The notes under the pieces are model-generated. The model saw nothing but the letters and a program-made list of their open reading frames with translations, did no database searches and had not been told where the DNA came from. 64,000 bases of DNA, from contig OX597825.1 in the NCBI GenBank assembly GCA_951406725.2, positions 68,758,001 to 68,822,000 on the forward strand. The letters run 5' to 3'. The DNA is from Octopus vulgaris. Taxonomy: Eukaryota. Below, piece by piece: positions 59,631-64,000 of the stretch. Position 1 is the stretch's first letter, and the number at the start of each line of letters is the position of its first letter. The position numbers and the translations under genes were made by a program.

Positions 59631-60717
59631 ATTCCTTGTTGAAAATACACATACGTATTTGAGAAACATTACTTCCAGAGTTCTTTCCTATGAAATATAG
59701 TCGTAGTTATAACACGTTTAGTAACATGTAACATCTACAATAGTTTTTCAGTTTGATTAATGTTTCGTTGTATTGTTTGCCCTTCTCTGGCTTCGTTGTG
59801 TAGTGCGTTACAGAGAATCATATGTCGTTCAAGCAAAACAAACCAGTGTCGGTTTCTTGGATGGGAGGAGAGAGGGGTATACATTATCAACATTTGTTTT
59901 CATCCAACAGAATGGCCATTTTCATTGTGGCAGTCTACATCTACAAATTTCTCATCATCAACAATAAATAAATAATGAAGATGTATTTAGATTACAAGAG
60001 AAACATAAAAGATAATAAATAAGTATAACCAAAAGCCTTCAAAACAGCTGCAACAAAAAACACACACTCTCACACACAAAACGAACAAAAAACAACGACG
60101 ATTACTATAAGAAAAAATACTCAAATTATAACGACAACAGAAGCAGAAACCTAACATCGAAGTTAGACAGCGGCATCATGCGAGAAGAACAAGATAGCAA
60201 GCTGTGTATAAACTATATTATTATAAACTAGAATCTTATGTTCTTGACTCGTTTCATCAACAACAATAGAAAGCAGTCGTAGACGTGGATGTTCACTTGC
60301 AATATAGCTTCCTCGAATTCTACGGTTTACAAGTATGTATAACCGAAAGGAAGAAAATGTTGCAAAACGATTTCGCGTACAAGAGAAAAATATTCATTAA
60401 CTTTTCGTTTTTCTACAGTCGTTATCGTTCAAAAGACAAAAAAAAAAAAAATAGACGGGAAAAGAAGTGAATCAAAAATGAATACAGAATAAAAAAAAAA
60501 TGCAAAGCAAATGCAAACTGGAGAATTGGAAATACAATAAAACTTTACAAGCGCAAAATGGCGGACACAACGAAACGAAAACTAAAAGTACAAACTCCAT
60601 TGTAAATATATGGAAGCAAATATTTACATATACTGTACGTTTGTGATTTCTCATCTGATGTAATTCTACATTACATTTATAAGGCAGAAAACTATCTTCG
60701 ATATCATTTAAAGAGCA

Positions 60718-61250
<533 letters not shown>

Positions 61251-61543
61251 TGTATTCGTTTATTTAAACAATCTCCATTCGCTCTTCATATTAATTCCTG
61301 TTATTTGTTATCTTAATATATTCATTTACCAGAGGCATTTCAATATCTTACGCATTCGGTGGTAAAGTATTGCACGTTATTTATATTTTTTTTTATTGAT
61401 CATAGAAAAAAAAATCGAAGTTATCATTATTTAGTGAAATGAAGTGGAAACGTGTGATAGAGGCGCATACATAGACACACAGACAGATATTCACATATGC
61501 ACAATGTGTTTGTACATAAATTATTTCAAGCACACACACATAT

Positions 61544-61599
<56 letters not shown>

Positions 61600-61757
61600 C
61601 CAAAACACACACAGAGAGGCAACACCCCCCCCACACACACATTTGTCATGGTATTTCGCAAATAGATCCGGAAAGTTTGCTGAAGTTTCCCTGCATTGAT
61701 TTACAGAGAGACTTAGTGTTAGAATGAAACGTAAATGAACACTTGAAAACAAGATGG

Positions 61758-61771
61758 TTTCTTTCTTTCTT

Positions 61772-61823
<52 letters not shown>

Positions 61824-62091
61824 TTATCTATCCATTCTTTCTTTCTTTCTTTCCTTCCTTCCTTCCTTTCTTTCATCCATCCAGTCTTTCTTCCCTTCCT
61901 TTCTTCTTCTTTCCTTCCTTCCTTCCTTCCTTCCTTCCTTCCTTCCTTCCTTCCTTCCTTCCTTCCTTCCTTCCTTCTTTCTTTCTTTCTTTCTTTCCTT
62001 TCTTCCTTCTTTCTTTCTTTCCTTCCTTCCTTCCTTCCTTCCTTCTTTCTTTCTTTCTTTCCTTCCTTCCTTCCTTCCTTCCTTCCTTCCT

Positions 62092-62127
<36 letters not shown>

Positions 62128-62147
62128 TCCTTCCTTCCTTCCTTATT

Positions 62148-62179
<32 letters not shown>

Positions 62180-62344
62180 TCCTTCCTTCTTTCTTTCCTT
62201 CCATCGTTCCTTCGTTCCTTCCTTATTTCCTTCCTTTCTTCTTCTTTCCTTTCTTCCTTCCTTCCTTCTTTCCTCCCCTTCCTTTCTTTCATCCATCCAT
62301 TCTTTCTTTCCTTCTTTCCTTCTTTCTTTCTTTCTTTCTTTCCT

Positions 62345-62380
<36 letters not shown>
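61758..62380. repeat. about 620-bp polypyrimidine (TTTC)n/(TTCC)n tract
   Basis: Read directly. Confidence 0.95.
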
Positions 62381-62865
62381 AGCCATGCAACCCGGTGTGC
62401 TCCTATAATGAGTAAAACTGGAAGACACTATTGTTTTCATTTGTATGTAACCATAACACAAAGATGTTATTGGCATTATTCTTCAGCTTACGTTGGCATG
62501 AGTTACGCTTCCTTCGTCTCCACCTGGATTCTTTTATTCTTTTACAATGAGTTAATGGAAGACAATAAACCCTTACTTCAGTCAGTTTACAAGACTTCAC
62601 CTCGGTCTCAGAGAACGTATATAAAATCATAGACATTTAAACAACACCTAAAACAACCAATGCTGAAGCCGACCCCCCCCCCCCAAAAAAAAAAACACAA
62701 AAAAACAAGTAAAATCCATGCAAAAATATATACAAATCCTTTATGAAAACACATATAAGTTCATAAATTTAAAAAAAATGCTTTTTCGTGTTACGTCGAT
62801 TTTCGAGTTAAGTCACATCTTGAAACCAATTACCGACTTACCGACCTAATTTGAGGTAGATGAAC

Positions 62866-62964
<99 letters not shown>

Positions 62965-63001
62965 TATATACATATATATGTATGTATATATATTATATAT
63001 G

Positions 63002-63044
<43 letters not shown>

Positions 63045-63614
63045 TATATACATATATATGTATGTATATATATTATATATGTATTTTATATATATATATA
63101 TATACATACTTATTTATAGGTAGTGTTTGAGACAGAGCGGGAGGAGGTAGCTTTTTATATATACTTAAGTGATGGCGCGTATATGTAAATATATATTTAA
63201 TTTTCTGTTTAATGTAATTTATGATTCGCATGAAGATAGTGAACATTTAAAAGCTGTCTGCAATAACAGTCAGTTGTAATAAATATATTAAATCTTTGAG
63301 TTCGATTGATTACCCAGAATGCACAGTACTCAGCCACTTACACGCACGCGCATAAACATATACATGTGTACAGTATATACACAAACGCACACGCGTATAT
63401 ATACATATATCTTCACTCATACATACATACATACATATATATATATATGTATATGTATATGTATAGATATCTATATACATATATACCTGTTTATCATTCG
63501 CATACACGCAAATATATATGCTTATACATATGTATATAAATATATATATATAGATATGTGTATATATATGTATATATATATACAGACACACATATATATA
63601 TATATATGTATCTA

Positions 63615-63651
<37 letters not shown>

Positions 63652-63737
63652 TCGCACACATACACACACATATAAATGTACAAACATATGTATAGCTATA
63701 TACGTATGCATACATAGATGTGCATGTATATACATAC

Positions 63738-63851
<114 letters not shown>

Positions 63852-64000
63852 GTAGTCATACACACATTTGTATTTGTGCGTGAGTGTGTGTGTCAGTGTG
63901 TCCCAGCGTGTGCCTGCGTGTACATACTTCAAAACTGCTGACAACAAATGTATCGTTTGATTATATTAAATTATGCGAGTCATTATAGACCTGTATATGA

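Noticed and set aside
59650-60715. Possible 3' UTR of a minus-strand gene (U-rich, TGTAAATA motif)
   Set aside because: Composition only; no coding exon found to anchor it.
61646-62632. KERK / FLSF ORFs
   Set aside because: Translation of (TTTC)/(TTCC) repeats.

Overview
This is AT-rich eukaryotic DNA saturated with microsatellites. The repeat load, the tRNA-derived SINE families and the 5S sequence suggest a cephalopod, probably Octopus (inference, not database-checked). Nearly all ORFs in the track are microsatellite or SINE artefacts. What I can support: (1) one probable terminal coding exon with a transmembrane helix (5311-5447); (2) a young, 5'-truncated Tx1/L1-clade LINE inserted in (TATC)n, plus a second 3' fragment in (TA)n; (3) many Penelope-like element (PLE) remnants (RT and GIY-YIG pieces, fold-backs, about a dozen hammerhead-ribozyme-like motifs); (4) Tc1/mariner relics (DD37D maT, DD34D-type mariner); (5) dozens of tRNA-derived SINEs from at least four families with shuffled modules (labels A, B, C and V-like are mine); (6) a diverged 5S rRNA copy fused to a SINE. 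The best candidate for an undescribed system is a tRNA-headed SINE (46397-47043) with a 5' inverted duplication and a 3' hammerhead-like domain, which suggests mobilisation by PLE machinery.
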